Assembly (NCBI GenBank): GCA_031404355.1
Contig: JANNHK010000018.1
Span: 1 to 62,276 of the forward strand
DNA length: 62,276 bases
Direction of reading: 5' to 3'
DNA from: Actinomycetes bacterium
GTDB taxonomy: Bacteria > Actinomycetota > Acidimicrobiia > IMCC26256 > PALSA-610
Under the pieces are notes generated by a model, which did no database searches, was not told the origin of the DNA, and saw nothing but the letters and a program-made list of their open reading frames with translations. The position numbers and the translations under genes are program-made. This document shows positions 1 through 10,900 of the stretch, one piece after another. Each line of letters begins with the position of its first letter. Position 1 is the stretch's first letter.

Positions 1-1
1 C

Positions 2-1087
2 CTCGGAGGCCGCCCGATGTTGCGCTTCATGCTGGATCGGCTCCGCGATCTCGAGTGTGCCGATGTCGTCGTCGCGACGAGCGACCTCGAACGCGACGAC
101 ATCGTCGAGGACGTCGCTCGAATCGCCGGGTTCGAGGTCGCTCGCGGTTCCGAGACCGACGTACTCGCCCGCTTCGTGGGCGCGCTCGACGGGCATCCGG
201 CCGAGCACGTCGTGCGGCTGACCGCGGATTGTCCGCTCGCGGATCCGGCGTTGATCGCGGCGGTGGTCGACCGGCACGTGACGTCGGTCGCCGACTACAC
301 GTCGAACGTGCTCCCGCGCACGTTCCCGAAAGGCCTCGATGTCGAGGTCGTGACGCGCGCGGCTCTCCTCACCGCGCACGCCGAGGCGACCGATTCCGCC
401 GAGCGGGAACACGTCACGCCGTTCCTCTACCGGCGCCCCGAACGGTTCCGGCTCGCGAACCTTCGTCATGGCGACCCGCTCGGGCGGGAACGGTGGACGG
501 TCGACACGGCGGCCGATCTGGAGTTCGTCCGCGAGGTGGTGGCGAGCATGGGACGCGATCGGTTCGCGTGGCAGGACGCGTGGGCCGCGATCGGTCCGCG
601 CGTTGCCGACGAACCGGGGGCGCCGGTCCTGTTCCCCGCGGCCGTCGAGCACGGCGCGTTCGTGCTCGCGTGCCGCAGCGACGAGGACGCGGTGCGGTGG
701 AGTAGGAGCGGCCGGGCCGTCGGCGTCGAGGAGCACCGGGCGTGGTACGGCCGGGCGATCGACGACCCCGGGATCCGGTTGCGGGTGGCGCGTATCGGCG
801 GCGAACTTGTCGGGACGGCCCGAGTCGATGTGCAGGGTGGTGTCGGCACCGTCGGTATCGCGCTCGCCGCCGAGTGCCGGGGCCGGGGCCTGGGCCGGGC
901 GCTACTCACCGCGCTGGTCGAGGACTGCGCCGACGACCCGCAGGTGGTGCGCCTCGACGCGACCGTCCATGCCGAGAACGGGGCGTCGCTCCGGGCGTTC
1001 GCCGCCGCCGGGTTCGTCACCATCGGTGACGACGGCGGCTTCCGAGTGCTGAGCCGCCCCGTGCACCAGCCGATAGAGGTGGCATGA
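2..1087 (+). CDS. Cytidylyltransferase (PseF/SpsF-like) fused to a C-terminal GNAT acetyltransferase (PseH-like); 5' end runs off the window
   Basis: The frame is open to the window edge, and 'GGRPMLRFMLDRL' is internal to this family. 'RLTADCPLADP' is the SpsF/CMP-sugar transferase motif. The C-terminal half has GNAT motif A, 'RGRGLGRALL'. Confidence 0.8.
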   Translation, partial: LGGRPMLRFMLDRLRDLECADVVVATSDLERDDIVEDVARIAGFEVARGSETDVLARFVGALDGHPAEHVVRLTADCPLADPALIAAVVDRHVTSVADYTSNVLPRTFPKGLDVEVVTRAALLTAHAEATDSAEREHVTPFLYRRPERFRLANLRHGDPLGRERWTVDTAADLEFVREVVASMGRDRFAWQDAWAAIGPRVADEPGAPVLFPAAVEHGAFVLACRSDEDAVRWSRSGRAVGVEEHRAWYGRAIDDPGIRLRVARIGGELVGTARVDVQGGVGTVGIALAAECRGRGLGRALLTALVEDCADDPQVVRLDATVHAENGASLRAFAAAGFVTIGDDGGFRVLSRPVHQPIEVA

Positions 1088-1155
1088 CAACCGTGCGGAC
1101 GCAGCGGAGGCCCGCCTGCCGCAGGCCCCTCGACCGGGAGCGGAGGGAGCCATGA
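1084..1155 (+). repeat. MIRU-like intercistronic repeat unit (72 nt) forming a 23-codon mini-ORF
   Basis: The ATGA at 1084-1087 overlaps the upstream stop. The ATGA at 1152-1155 overlaps the downstream start. It shares the blocks ACCGTGCGGACGCAG / GCCGCAGGC / GAGGGAGCCATG with the copies at 36807-36875 and 48821-48958. Confidence 0.6.
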
Positions 1156-2378
1156 CGAATCTTCATCCGGGCGTGGAGCGCGCGACCCAGGACGTGATCC
1201 GGAGTCGGGGCGCCGAGAAGCGACCGATCGTGTACTGCCGGCGGTGTCTCATCCCGGAGACGAAGCCCGACATCCTGTTCGACGCCGACGGTGTGTGCGG
1301 CGCCTGCGCGCACTACGCGGCGCGCACCGAGGTCGACTGGACCGTCCGGCGCGCCGAGCTGGAGCAGATCCTCGATCGCTACCGGTCGGTCGACGGCACG
1401 AACTACGACTGCGTGATCCCTGTCAGTGGCGGCAAGGACTCGACGACGCAGGCGATCCGCATGCTCGAACTCGGCGCGAACCCGCTGTGCGTCACGGCGA
1501 CGACCGACCAACTGTCCGAACTCGGCCGCCGCAACATCGAGAACCTCAAGTCGCTCGGCGTCGACTTCGTCGAGTACACGACGAACCCGGTCGTCCGCCG
1601 CCGCATCAACCGCCTCGCGCTCACGCAGGTCGGTGACATCTCGTGGCCCGAGCACGTCACGATCTTCACGCTGCCGATCCGCATCGCGGTGCAGATGGGA
1701 ATCAAGCTCGTCGTCTGGGGTGAGAACCCGCAGAACGAGTACGGCGGGCCCGCGGCGGCCGCGACCGACAACACGCTCACCCGGCGGTGGCTCGAGGAGT
1801 TCGGCGGCATGCTCGGTCTGCGCGTCAGCGACCTTGTGGGCCAGGAAGACATCGAGGCCAAGCACCTCGTGCCCTATACCTACCCGAGCGACGCGGATCT
1901 CGCCCGGGTCGGCGTCACCGGGATCTTCCTCGGCCACTACATGCCGTGGGACGGGCTCCAGAACGCGATCTTCGCGCAGTCGTACGGCCTCGAGACATAC
2001 CCGACGACGGTCGAAGGTTCGCTCTGCGACTACGAGAATCTCGACAACCACCAGACCGGAATTCACGACTACTTCAAGTTCTTGAAGTTCGGTTTCGGAC
2101 GCGCGACCGACATCGCGTCGACCCACGTGCGGCGAGACCGGTTGCGCCGGGACGACGCGCTGACCCTCGTCAAGCGCCACGACGGCAAGTTCCCGTGGAC
2201 GTATCTCGGAAAGTCGATCCACGACATCCTGGCCAACATCGCCATGACGCTCGACGAGTTCGTCGCGGTGTGTGACCGCTTCACGAACAAGCGCCTGTTC
2301 GTGACGGATCGGCACGGCGAACTGGTGCGCGGCGCCGACCACAACCTCACGAAGATCAACGACGACAACGTGGACTAG
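1152..2378 (+). CDS. N-acetyl sugar amidotransferase (WbpG/PseA-type, PP-loop ATPase)
   Basis: It has an N-terminal CxxC...CxxC, the PP-loop 'PVSGGKDS', and the classic context immediately upstream of hisH/hisF paralogs. Confidence 0.85.
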   Translation: MTNLHPGVERATQDVIRSRGAEKRPIVYCRRCLIPETKPDILFDADGVCGACAHYAARTEVDWTVRRAELEQILDRYRSVDGTNYDCVIPVSGGKDSTTQAIRMLELGANPLCVTATTDQLSELGRRNIENLKSLGVDFVEYTTNPVVRRRINRLALTQVGDISWPEHVTIFTLPIRIAVQMGIKLVVWGENPQNEYGGPAAAATDNTLTRRWLEEFGGMLGLRVSDLVGQEDIEAKHLVPYTYPSDADLARVGVTGIFLGHYMPWDGLQNAIFAQSYGLETYPTTVEGSLCDYENLDNHQTGIHDYFKFLKFGFGRATDIASTHVRRDRLRRDDALTLVKRHDGKFPWTYLGKSIHDILANIAMTLDEFVAVCDRFTNKRLFVTDRHGELVRGADHNLTKINDDNVD

Positions 2379-2383
2379 CGAAC

Positions 2384-3001
2384 GTGCAGCGGGTAGCTAT
2401 TGTTGATTACGGCCTGTGCAACCTCGACTCGGTGCGACGCGCGTTCGAGACCCTCGGTGCGCAGGCGTTCGTCACCGATGTCCCTGCCGAGCTCGCGCAC
2501 GCGGACCGGATCGTGCTCCCGGGCGTCGGCGCATTCCCCGATGCGATGCGCAACCTGCGGGCGCGGGGCCTCGACGAGGCGCTCGGCCTGCAAGTGCTCG
2601 AAGCGGGCGCGCCCTTCCTCGGCGTGTGCCTCGGGATGCAGCTTCTTGCCGCGCTCGGGCACGAGGTCGAGGAGACCAAGGGCCTCGGTTGGTTCGACGG
2701 CGACGCCACGCGGCTGGTACCAACGGTCGGAGAGCGGCGTGTGCCCCACGTCGGGTGGAACGAGGTGCGGCTCGCGCGGGATTCCCCGCTGTTCGCGGGC
2801 ATCCCGCCGGAGGCGGACTTCTACTTCGTGCACTCGTTCCACGTCGAGTGCGCGCACGACGACGACGTGCTCGCGACCACGCCGTATTGCGGCGGCTTCA
2901 CGTCGGCGCTCCAACGCGAGCACGTGTACGGCGTCCAGTTCCATCCGGAGAAGAGTCAGCGGTACGGCCTGGCGCTCCTGAAGAACTTCCTGGCCGTGTA
3001 A
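2384..3001 (+). CDS. hisH: Imidazole glycerol phosphate synthase glutaminase subunit paralog (glycan-cluster HisH)
   Basis: Class I glutamine amidotransferase: 'LPGVGAF', 'GVCLGMQLL', 'GVQFHPEKS'. Confidence 0.9.
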   Translation: MQRVAIVDYGLCNLDSVRRAFETLGAQAFVTDVPAELAHADRIVLPGVGAFPDAMRNLRARGLDEALGLQVLEAGAPFLGVCLGMQLLAALGHEVEETKGLGWFDGDATRLVPTVGERRVPHVGWNEVRLARDSPLFAGIPPEADFYFVHSFHVECAHDDDVLATTPYCGGFTSALQREHVYGVQFHPEKSQRYGLALLKNFLAV

Positions 3002-3010
3002 CGGGCAGGC

Positions 3011-3754
3011 ATGCTGAAAACAAGGGTAATTCCGACGTTGTTGCACAAGAGTTGGGGGCTGGTGAAGGGCACCCAGTTCGATTCGAGACGCTCGGTCGGC
3101 AGCCCGATGCCGGCGGTGAAGGTGTACAACCTGCGCAACGTCGACGAGTTGGTGTTCCTCGATGTCGCGGCAACGACGGAAGGGTGTGGCCCCGACTTCG
3201 CCCTGATCGACGAACTGGCCGACGAGTGCTTCATGCCGCTCGCGGTCGGCGGCGGCATCCGCACCGTCGACGACGTGCGCAAGCTGCTCTCGGTCGGTGC
3301 CGACAAGGTCGTCATCGGCTCCGCCGCGGTGGAGCGCCCGGAGATCGTGCGCGAGGCGTCCGATCGGTTCGGCGCGCAGTGTGTCGTCGTGTCGGTGGAC
3401 ACGAAGGACGGCGTCGTGTGGGTTCGGTCGGGGACCGTTCGCACCGAGCGCGGCCCGGTCGCGTTCGCGCGTGAGATGGAGCGGATGGGAGCGGGCGAGA
3501 TCCTGCTCCAGTCGATCGAACGCGACGGCATGATGGAGGGCTACGACCTCGAGACGATCGCGAGCGTCGCGGCGGCGGTGTCCGTACCCGTCATCGCGTC
3601 GGGCGGCGCGGGGCGCTTCGAGCACATGCGCGACGCGCTGCGGGCGGGCGGGGCCTCGGCGGTTGCCGCCGCGAGCATGTTTCATTTCACCGAACAGACG
3701 CCGATGGAAGCGAAGAAGTACCTCGCGGCCGCGGGCATTCCAACCCGGGTGTAG
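3011..3754 (+). CDS. hisF: Imidazole glycerol phosphate synthase cyclase subunit paralog (glycan-cluster HisF)
   Basis: HisF-like barrel motifs: 'RVIPTLL', 'VDELVFLDV', 'AVGGGIRT', 'PVIASGGAG'. Confidence 0.9.
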   Translation: MLKTRVIPTLLHKSWGLVKGTQFDSRRSVGSPMPAVKVYNLRNVDELVFLDVAATTEGCGPDFALIDELADECFMPLAVGGGIRTVDDVRKLLSVGADKVVIGSAAVERPEIVREASDRFGAQCVVVSVDTKDGVVWVRSGTVRTERGPVAFAREMERMGAGEILLQSIERDGMMEGYDLETIASVAAAVSVPVIASGGAGRFEHMRDALRAGGASAVAAASMFHFTEQTPMEAKKYLAAAGIPTRV

Positions 3755-4890
3755 ATGCAGGAGGGTCCGAACGCCATGCAGATCTCCGTCGTGAGCGACT
3801 CGCCCGAGTTCCAAGTCACCGACGACCTCGCGCTGCTCGACGCGATGCTCGACGACCTACGCGCCGCCGACGAGGTGTGGCAACCCACGAACTACTGGTC
3901 GAGGTATACCGACGAGACGATTGCGCGCCTCCGTTCGGGCCTGCACGACTTCCGGCGCGCGCGACCGATGGCAACCTCGGACGCTTCGGGGCGACGGATC
4001 CGCCGCCCCGCCTGGTGGCGCGGATTCGGTCGCAGGACGAGCGCCTGGCGTCCGCCCTCGACGACGCGGTCAGTCAGGTAACGCGCGCGGTCGTCGAGGG
4101 CAGGCAGCTCTTCGAGGGTGGCCCGACCCTGGTCGACATCTTCGAGTCCGGGTATGAGCGCTGTCTCCGGGCCGCGGCCGAGCATCCGGCGATCGTGTCG
4201 ATCGAACGGCTGTCGGTCTCGCGAGCCGGGAACCCGTTCGGGTTCCTCGTCGACGACCGATTCCTCACCGCGTCCGCGCTCAACTACTACCTGCGCTACG
4301 CCTACGTCGCCGCCCGGATCGATCTCGAGACCGTCGACACGGTCATCGAGTTGGGATCAGGCGCGGGCCGCCAGGCCGAGATTCTCGCAACCCTGCACCC
4401 GAACCTGGCGATCGTGCAGCTCGACTTGGCACCACAGCTGTACGTGGCCGACCGTTATCTCAACGCGGCGCTCGGCGACCGGGTGATCCCCTACCGAGCG
4501 ACGCGCGGGGATGGGCCGCTGCAGCCGCAACCCGGAAGCGTCGTGTGCGCGGGCAACTTCCGCGTCGCCGACGTGATCGACAGTGGTCGCACCCTGTTCT
4601 GGAATGCCGCGAGCTTCGGCGAGATGGAGCCCGACGTTGTGTTGAACTACGCGAAGCATGTATCGCAGTTCTCCGACTGGCTGTTCCTGCATCAGTGCTT
4701 TGCCGGCAAGGAGCGGGGCCGGGTCGGTGGAGGCGGAGTGCTGCGCCAGATCCGGATGGCCCACTACGAGGGATTCTTCGCGGACTACGAGCGGGACGAC
4801 GTGCAGCCGGCGCACGCGGGCTTGTACTGGCTCGTCGAGGGAGCGCATCGCTACGACGACTCGTTCTGGACGCGCCGAAGCGCGGGTTGA
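3755..4890 (+). CDS. SAM-dependent (putative sugar O-) methyltransferase, apparently frameshifted near 3955-3963
   Basis: The N-terminal part, '...WQPTNYWSRYTDETIARLRSGLHDFRR', is in frame 2 (ORF 3755-4081). The rest, 'ATDGNLGRFGATD...VIELGSGAGRQ...', is in frame 1 (ORF 3877-4890). The switch falls in the alternating run gcgcgcgcg. Confidence 0.6.
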
Positions 4891-4904
4891 GTCCGGGGGG
4901 CAGG

Positions 4905-7900
4905 TCAACGCCCGGCGCGGCGGGTCTTGCGGGCGCGGACGAGGATGATGCCGACGGCGAGGAGTAGCAGACCGACGAGCAACTGGGCGCGGGCATCGGA
5001 ACCGGTGCGGGGCAGGCTCGGACTCGCGGTTGCCTGAGCGGCGGTCGCCGTCGTGGGCGCCGGCGATCCGGCGACGGTCGTCGTCGACCCCTGGACCACG
5101 AGCGGCGCGCCGGTGGTTGTCGTTGCGCCCGCCGCGGCGGCCACCGTGGTCGAGGTCGAGGTCGAACCGGGCGCGGTGGTCGATGTCGATGTCGGCGGCA
5201 CGGTCGTCGTCGATGTGCTTGTGCTCGTTGTCGTCGGCGGAACGGTGGTCGTCGTCGTGCTCGTGCTGGTCGTCGTCTTCGGCACCGTCGTCGTCGACGT
5301 GCTGGTGCTCGTGCTCGTCGTCGTGGGCGGCACCGTCGTGGTCGTCGTGCTCGTACTCGTCGATGTCGTGCTCGACGTCGTGCTGCTCGTCGACGTGGTG
5401 GTGCTCGTCGACGTGGTGGTGCTCGTGCTGGTCGACGTCGTTCCGTTGGGCGTACCGCCGATGATGTCGGTCGGGGTCGAACGCCTCGTCGTTGACGAGG
5501 CCGGGGTCGTCGCCCGTGTGCGACACGCTCGCGCCGTTCACGACGGAGTCGGGTGTGTCCTCGGCGACGATCACCTTGACCGTGACCGTCGCCGTCTCAC
5601 CGACGCCCAGCGGGTTGACGTTCTGGCACTTGACCACGCCGATCAGGTTGCACGCCCACCCGAGTTCGGCGTCCCAGTCGTAGAACTCGAGCCCGGGCGG
5701 CAGCGTGTCGATCACCTCGAAGCCGTCGACGGCTTCCGGCCCGAGGTTTTCGACCGTGATCTCGTACTCGTGCACATTGCCGCGCTCGAAGTCCCCGGTA
5801 TGCGTCTTGGTGATCGCGAGGTCCGCGTTGGCCTTGGGCGGATCGCCGCGCACGGTCAGAGGAGCGGTTGCCGTTCCGCACCCGCCGTCGTCGTCGCACA
5901 CCTCGACCGTGAGCGTGTAGTCGCCGGGTGCCGGATAGACGAAGCCCTCGGCGAGGGCACTGGTGCCGAACCCGAGACCCGAGCGACCGACGGGGAACTC
6001 TTGCGGCCCGGAGCCTTCGCCGTAGTCGACGGTCGCGGTCCACTCGTCGGCGCCGGGGTCGACGAAGCTCACGTCGGGAACGAACACGTAGCCATTCGGG
6101 ATGTCGTACGGCCCGCCCGCTTCGACGACGGGTACCACATTCGTGAACGTCACGGTGTGGTCGTCGGTGTCCTCGAGGTTCTGGCTGTCCCAAACCTTCA
6201 GGCCGACGTTCACGACCGCGTCGTCATTGCGCGTGACCGAGAGTGGGTTCGTGAACGGCGCGTCGGCGTAGTTGCCGTCGCCGTTCAGGTCCCAGTCCCA
6301 GATGCAGCACTGGTTCTCCGGGTCGCTCGACAAGTCCTTGTTGAGCTGCACCGTCGAACCTTCGGGTGCGGTCGTCGGCCCGCTGATCACCGCGGTCGGC
6401 GGCTGCGGCACCGCGACCGTGCGCGAGAGCGTGATCGTCGCCACGTTCGAGTAGCGGTGACCGTCGCCGGCGATGTAATGCACCTTCTTCTCGAACGATC
6501 CCGAGTACTGGACGCCGATGGACACCGGGGTCGTGACATCACGGGAGCCGCCGTCGTCGAGCAGCGTGTACTTGAGTGTGTCGCCTTCGGGGTCGGTCGC
6601 CGACAACGTCACGGGTATCGAGAGCGTGTTGTTCGGTACCACGAGCGTCACGTCGACGGCCGTCGGTGCCTGGTTCGTGTTCGTGGCCAGCGCGAAGTCG
6701 AGCACCGCGTTGTCGTCGGGGTGGATCGTGACGGGTTTCGTCTGGCTGAACAGCAGCTCCGTTTCCGGCCGCAGCGCGGTGACGTTCCACGTGCGGGCAG
6801 TCGCTTCGCCTGCCATCGGTACGGTGGGGAACACGTAGTGCCCGGCGGCGTCGGTGGTCGTGACTGCGCCCCACTCGCCGCCGACCGTGGCGCCCACGAC
6901 CGGCGTACCGTCCGCCGCGCGTGTGACGGTGCCGCTGACGGAGGCGGTGCCCGTGTTCGCGCTACCGAAGTCGAGCGTGATGTTTGCCCCGCAGAAGACG
7001 GTGACGCTGCGTACCGCAGTGATGAAGCCCGACTTCTGCGCGAAGACCTGCACCGCCCGCGGCTGATTCTGGTGCGGGACGATGTTCGGAATCGTGAAGC
7101 GGCCGTCGATGTCGGTGAGCGGATCCGGGAATGGCGTCACGCCGGGGATCGAGATTGACGCGCCCGGAAGCGGCGCACCGGTCGCGGCGTTCAACACCCG
7201 ACCGCGGATGGTCGCGTTCCCGCACTCGCGGAACAAACGAAGGGTGACCTCGACGAGCGCGTTCGGCATGATCGTCACGGTTTTTCCGGCGCCGAGGTAC
7301 CCGGGGAAGTTCGCGGAGACCGTGCGGTTCGTCGGGGCGTTGTTCGCGAGGTTCTGGTGCGGGTAGTCCCTCTTCCCGTCGAGGCCGACGCGCGAATCGG
7401 TCTGTCCCGTCACCGGGTCGGCCAGGCCGACGACGTCGGCCATCGGAAGCGGGTCGCCGGTCACCGCGTCGACCACTGTGACCCTGACGTCGCCGTACAA
7501 CTTGCGCACCATCGTCGCGTCGACGGTGGTCGTCTGGCCGTCGAAGATCTTTGCGCTCTTGCCCGTCGGGATGTACTCGTTCATCGCGGCGGTGCCCGGC
7601 CCGAAACTGACCGAGATGTCGCGGTCGGTCGGCCCGTCAAGGCCGAACACGCCCTCGAAGGAGTACCGGCCGTCGGCATCGGTGAGGCCACTGCCGACGT
7701 AGGTGCCGACGAGGATGTCCTTGAGCGGCTCACCGGTGACCGAGTCGGTGACGCGGCCCTGCACTGTGGCGCGCCGTTCGACCGGCTTGTGGATGACGAC
7801 GTCGGCGATGCCGAGTGAACCGCAGTCGAACAGTTTCCCGGATCCGAACGCGGAGTACTGCACTCCGGCGATGGTGATCGACGCCGACACGCCGAAGCCG

Positions 7901-10900
7901 GTCGATGAGTTCTGCTTGCCGAGGCTGATGCCGTCGAGGCGGACTCGCCCGTTTGGCCCGGTGACGCCCGAGGCGAACGAGTGCTCGTTGCCGGCACCCA
8001 CGGCCGCGCCCGCGATCGGGAGCCGCGTCGTTTCGTCGAGCACGCGTACGTCGGCCGAGCCGTAACACCTCGGAATCAGCGCGACGACCGCGTGCGGGGT
8101 GGCGGTCTCGGTGATCAGGAACGGGCCGGCACTCTTGCCCCAGTAGCCGTCGATGACAGCCGCCGCCGACGCACCGAGCGGCCCGTTATTGGGCGGCGAG
8201 AGCGTAAACCCGTCGAATGCGAAGGTGCCGTCGGCGGCTGCGTCGCCCGATCGGCCCTCGAAGCCCGCGCTGATCGTGACGTCGGCGCCGGGCAGAGGGG
8301 TGTTCGTCGGTGTGATCGTGCGGTTCTCCGTGTGGTTGATGGGATCCGGCGTGCCCACGACGACCCGCCCGGTGATGCCACCGCTGCGCTGCTTCAGGAT
8401 GCGGAAGTCGTGGGTGGTGACGACGTCACACGCGGCGGGGGCGGACTCGAACGTCTTGAAGTAGCCGGCCTTGGTGACCTCGTAGGTGGCCGACGCCGGC
8501 GAGTTGCCGCTGCCGAGCGGAATTTCGACGAGACGAAGGAGTCCGCCGGCGTCGGTGACCTTGCCGTTGATGAAGGCGCCCTGTACCGGCGCGCCGGTTT
8601 CGAGGTCGTAGACGTGTACGTCGAGGGTGCCGAAGCACAGCGGGACCAGGCCGAAGTCGACTTCGACCGTGCTCGCGGTGTCGTGTTCGACGCCGTCACT
8701 TGTACCCCGTATGACGATCGGTCCCGAGAACTCGGGAGCGGTCGGTGCGGCCGTGATGTTCACGAATCCCCACTGGTCGGGCGTGAGCACGGGGGGCGTG
8801 AACGTCGCGGTGATCCCGGGCGGCAGGTCGGGTGCCGAGAGCGCGACGGGCTTGTCCCAACCGCTGGTGGTACTCGCGTTGATGTTGAGCGCGACGTTGC
8901 CGCCGGGGCGTACGACGACACTCGACGGCGTCAGGCCGATCGAGAAATCGCGCTTGAACCTGATCGTGATGGGATCGATCGCGAACGCACCGACCTCGTC
9001 CCGGAACACGACACCGACGGTGTAGTCCGTCCCGGGCGCGCACGCACCGCCGCACAACTTCTCGTCCATGGCCTCGGCCGTAAGCGTGTCGAGAATGTCG
9101 ACCGCAGGATCGAGGATGCCGTCGCCGTCGATGTCGAAGCCGGGCACCGACAACGGGCCGAATTCGGGGTCGAACGAACCACTGATGTCGATCTCGAGGT
9201 CGTCGCCGACAAGCACTTCGTACGGACCGTGTGCTTCACCGACGGGCGGTTCGTTGGCAACGACCCGGAACGGCGCAATCGTTCCCACGCCCGGTCCGCC
9301 CGGGAGCGGGAGCACGGTGACCGTCATCGAGTAGTCGCCAGGAGCGTGGTCGACGATGATGCGCTTGATCGCTACGCCGCCGATGCCCGTTGTTGCCGTG
9401 GTTGTGAACGTCCCGAACGCGAACTCCACGACGCGGCCCGTGACCGGTGCGCCGTCTGCGGTCGTGACGTTCGCGGCGAACGTGGCTGCGCCGCCGCGCT
9501 GGACTTCCGTGTCGCCGGTGTACACCACGTTCGGCGGGACGCCGATACCGCCGACATCGAGGTGCATCGACGCCGTCACCGTTCCGAACTTGTCGGCGAG
9601 CATCGTGAAGCTGCCGGGGTCGAGGTAGGTGACGTGCGTGGTCGCGTTCACGGCAACACCGAATGGCAATCGACCGTCGCCGGTCTGGATCTTCACGCCA
9701 CCGGGCGAGCGGTTGATCACGACGATGTCGTCGCCCGCGTCGGGCGTGACGTCGGAGACGGTGAACGCGCTGACCGGCGTCGCCGGGTCGACGAACGCGG
9801 TTCGGCCTTCGGCACGGCTGCCGACCCATGCCTTCGTCTCGGTCGGAGGCTCCGAGCCCGGGTACCCGGGGTCGATCGGGTCGATGCTGGGCTCTTCGAG
9901 GTCGGGCGGAAGTTCGGGGCAGTCGACGACCGACCCGTACATCACGACCCACAGCGTTCCGTGGCTCGTGCCGATGCGGGCGATGCCGATGGAGTTCCAC
10001 CGCGGATCGAGCTGGTTGATGTTGTGGAGGTCGGAAACCTTCCACGCGATGAGCGCGCCCGATGCCGCGCGCGGGCCACGCGCGAGGTTCTCGCCGACGA
10101 CCCCGGTCGGGTAGTCGGCGGCGAGGGCGCGTTCGGACGGCGTGCTGCCGTCTTCGCCGATGTGCTCGAACGCGTCGTTGTCGCGGAGCCAGCGGGCGTG
10201 CTCGAGCGCGGCGTCACTGAGTGTCGGCGACGGGTAGACCCGGTGGCGGCCGTTGGCGACGCGGTACTGGCTCACGAGGTCGACGAAGTCCTGTTCGCCG
10301 GTGTCGAGCTTGACGCCGTAGTCGCAGGCCGGTGCGGGCTCAGTTTCGGCTTCGGTGTCGGGCTCGACAACTTCGTCCGGCTCCTCGGCGTCGCCCACCT
10401 CGACCTTGATCTTCTTCGTGTGCGACCCGCCGTCCTTGTCGGAGACCTTGACGCTCAGTGTGTGCTTGCCGTCGGGCACGTAACCGAGTTCGAGTGTCGC
10501 CGCGCCGGCGGGAATAGCGCGCGCGTCGTAGAACGGCATCCCGAACGTTCCGTCGGCATCCCACGACAGCTGGAGGGTCAGCGCTTCTTGGTCGCGTTCG
10601 CCCGGGTCGAAGAGACGCAAGGGGACCTTGACCGACTGGCTGTTCTTGAACGTCACGTCGTCGCCGTCGGCTTCGGGTGCGACGTTCGTGACCGTGACGT
10701 TGATCTCGTGCGTGTCGGAAACTCCTCGCGAGTCGGTGACCTTCAGTGTGACCTGGTACGTCCCGTCGTCGCCGTACACGTGGTCGGGGTTCGGGAGCAC
10801 GCTGCCCGAATCGTCGCCGAAGTCCCACTCCCACTCGACGATGTCGTAGTTCGGGTCTTGCGACGCGTCGAGGAAGTGGTTGACCGCGCCTTCCTTGGTG

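Noticed and set aside
4357-4904. The 3' tail of the 3,512-aa ORF from the track (His/Asp/Arg-rich 'HEHHHVDEHHHVDEQHD...' and beyond).
   Set aside because: It is the wrong reading frame of the Thr/Ser-stalk repeats and then runs antisense through the convergent methyltransferase gene. The +1-shifted frame gives a canonical stalk plus LPRTG anchor ending at 4905.
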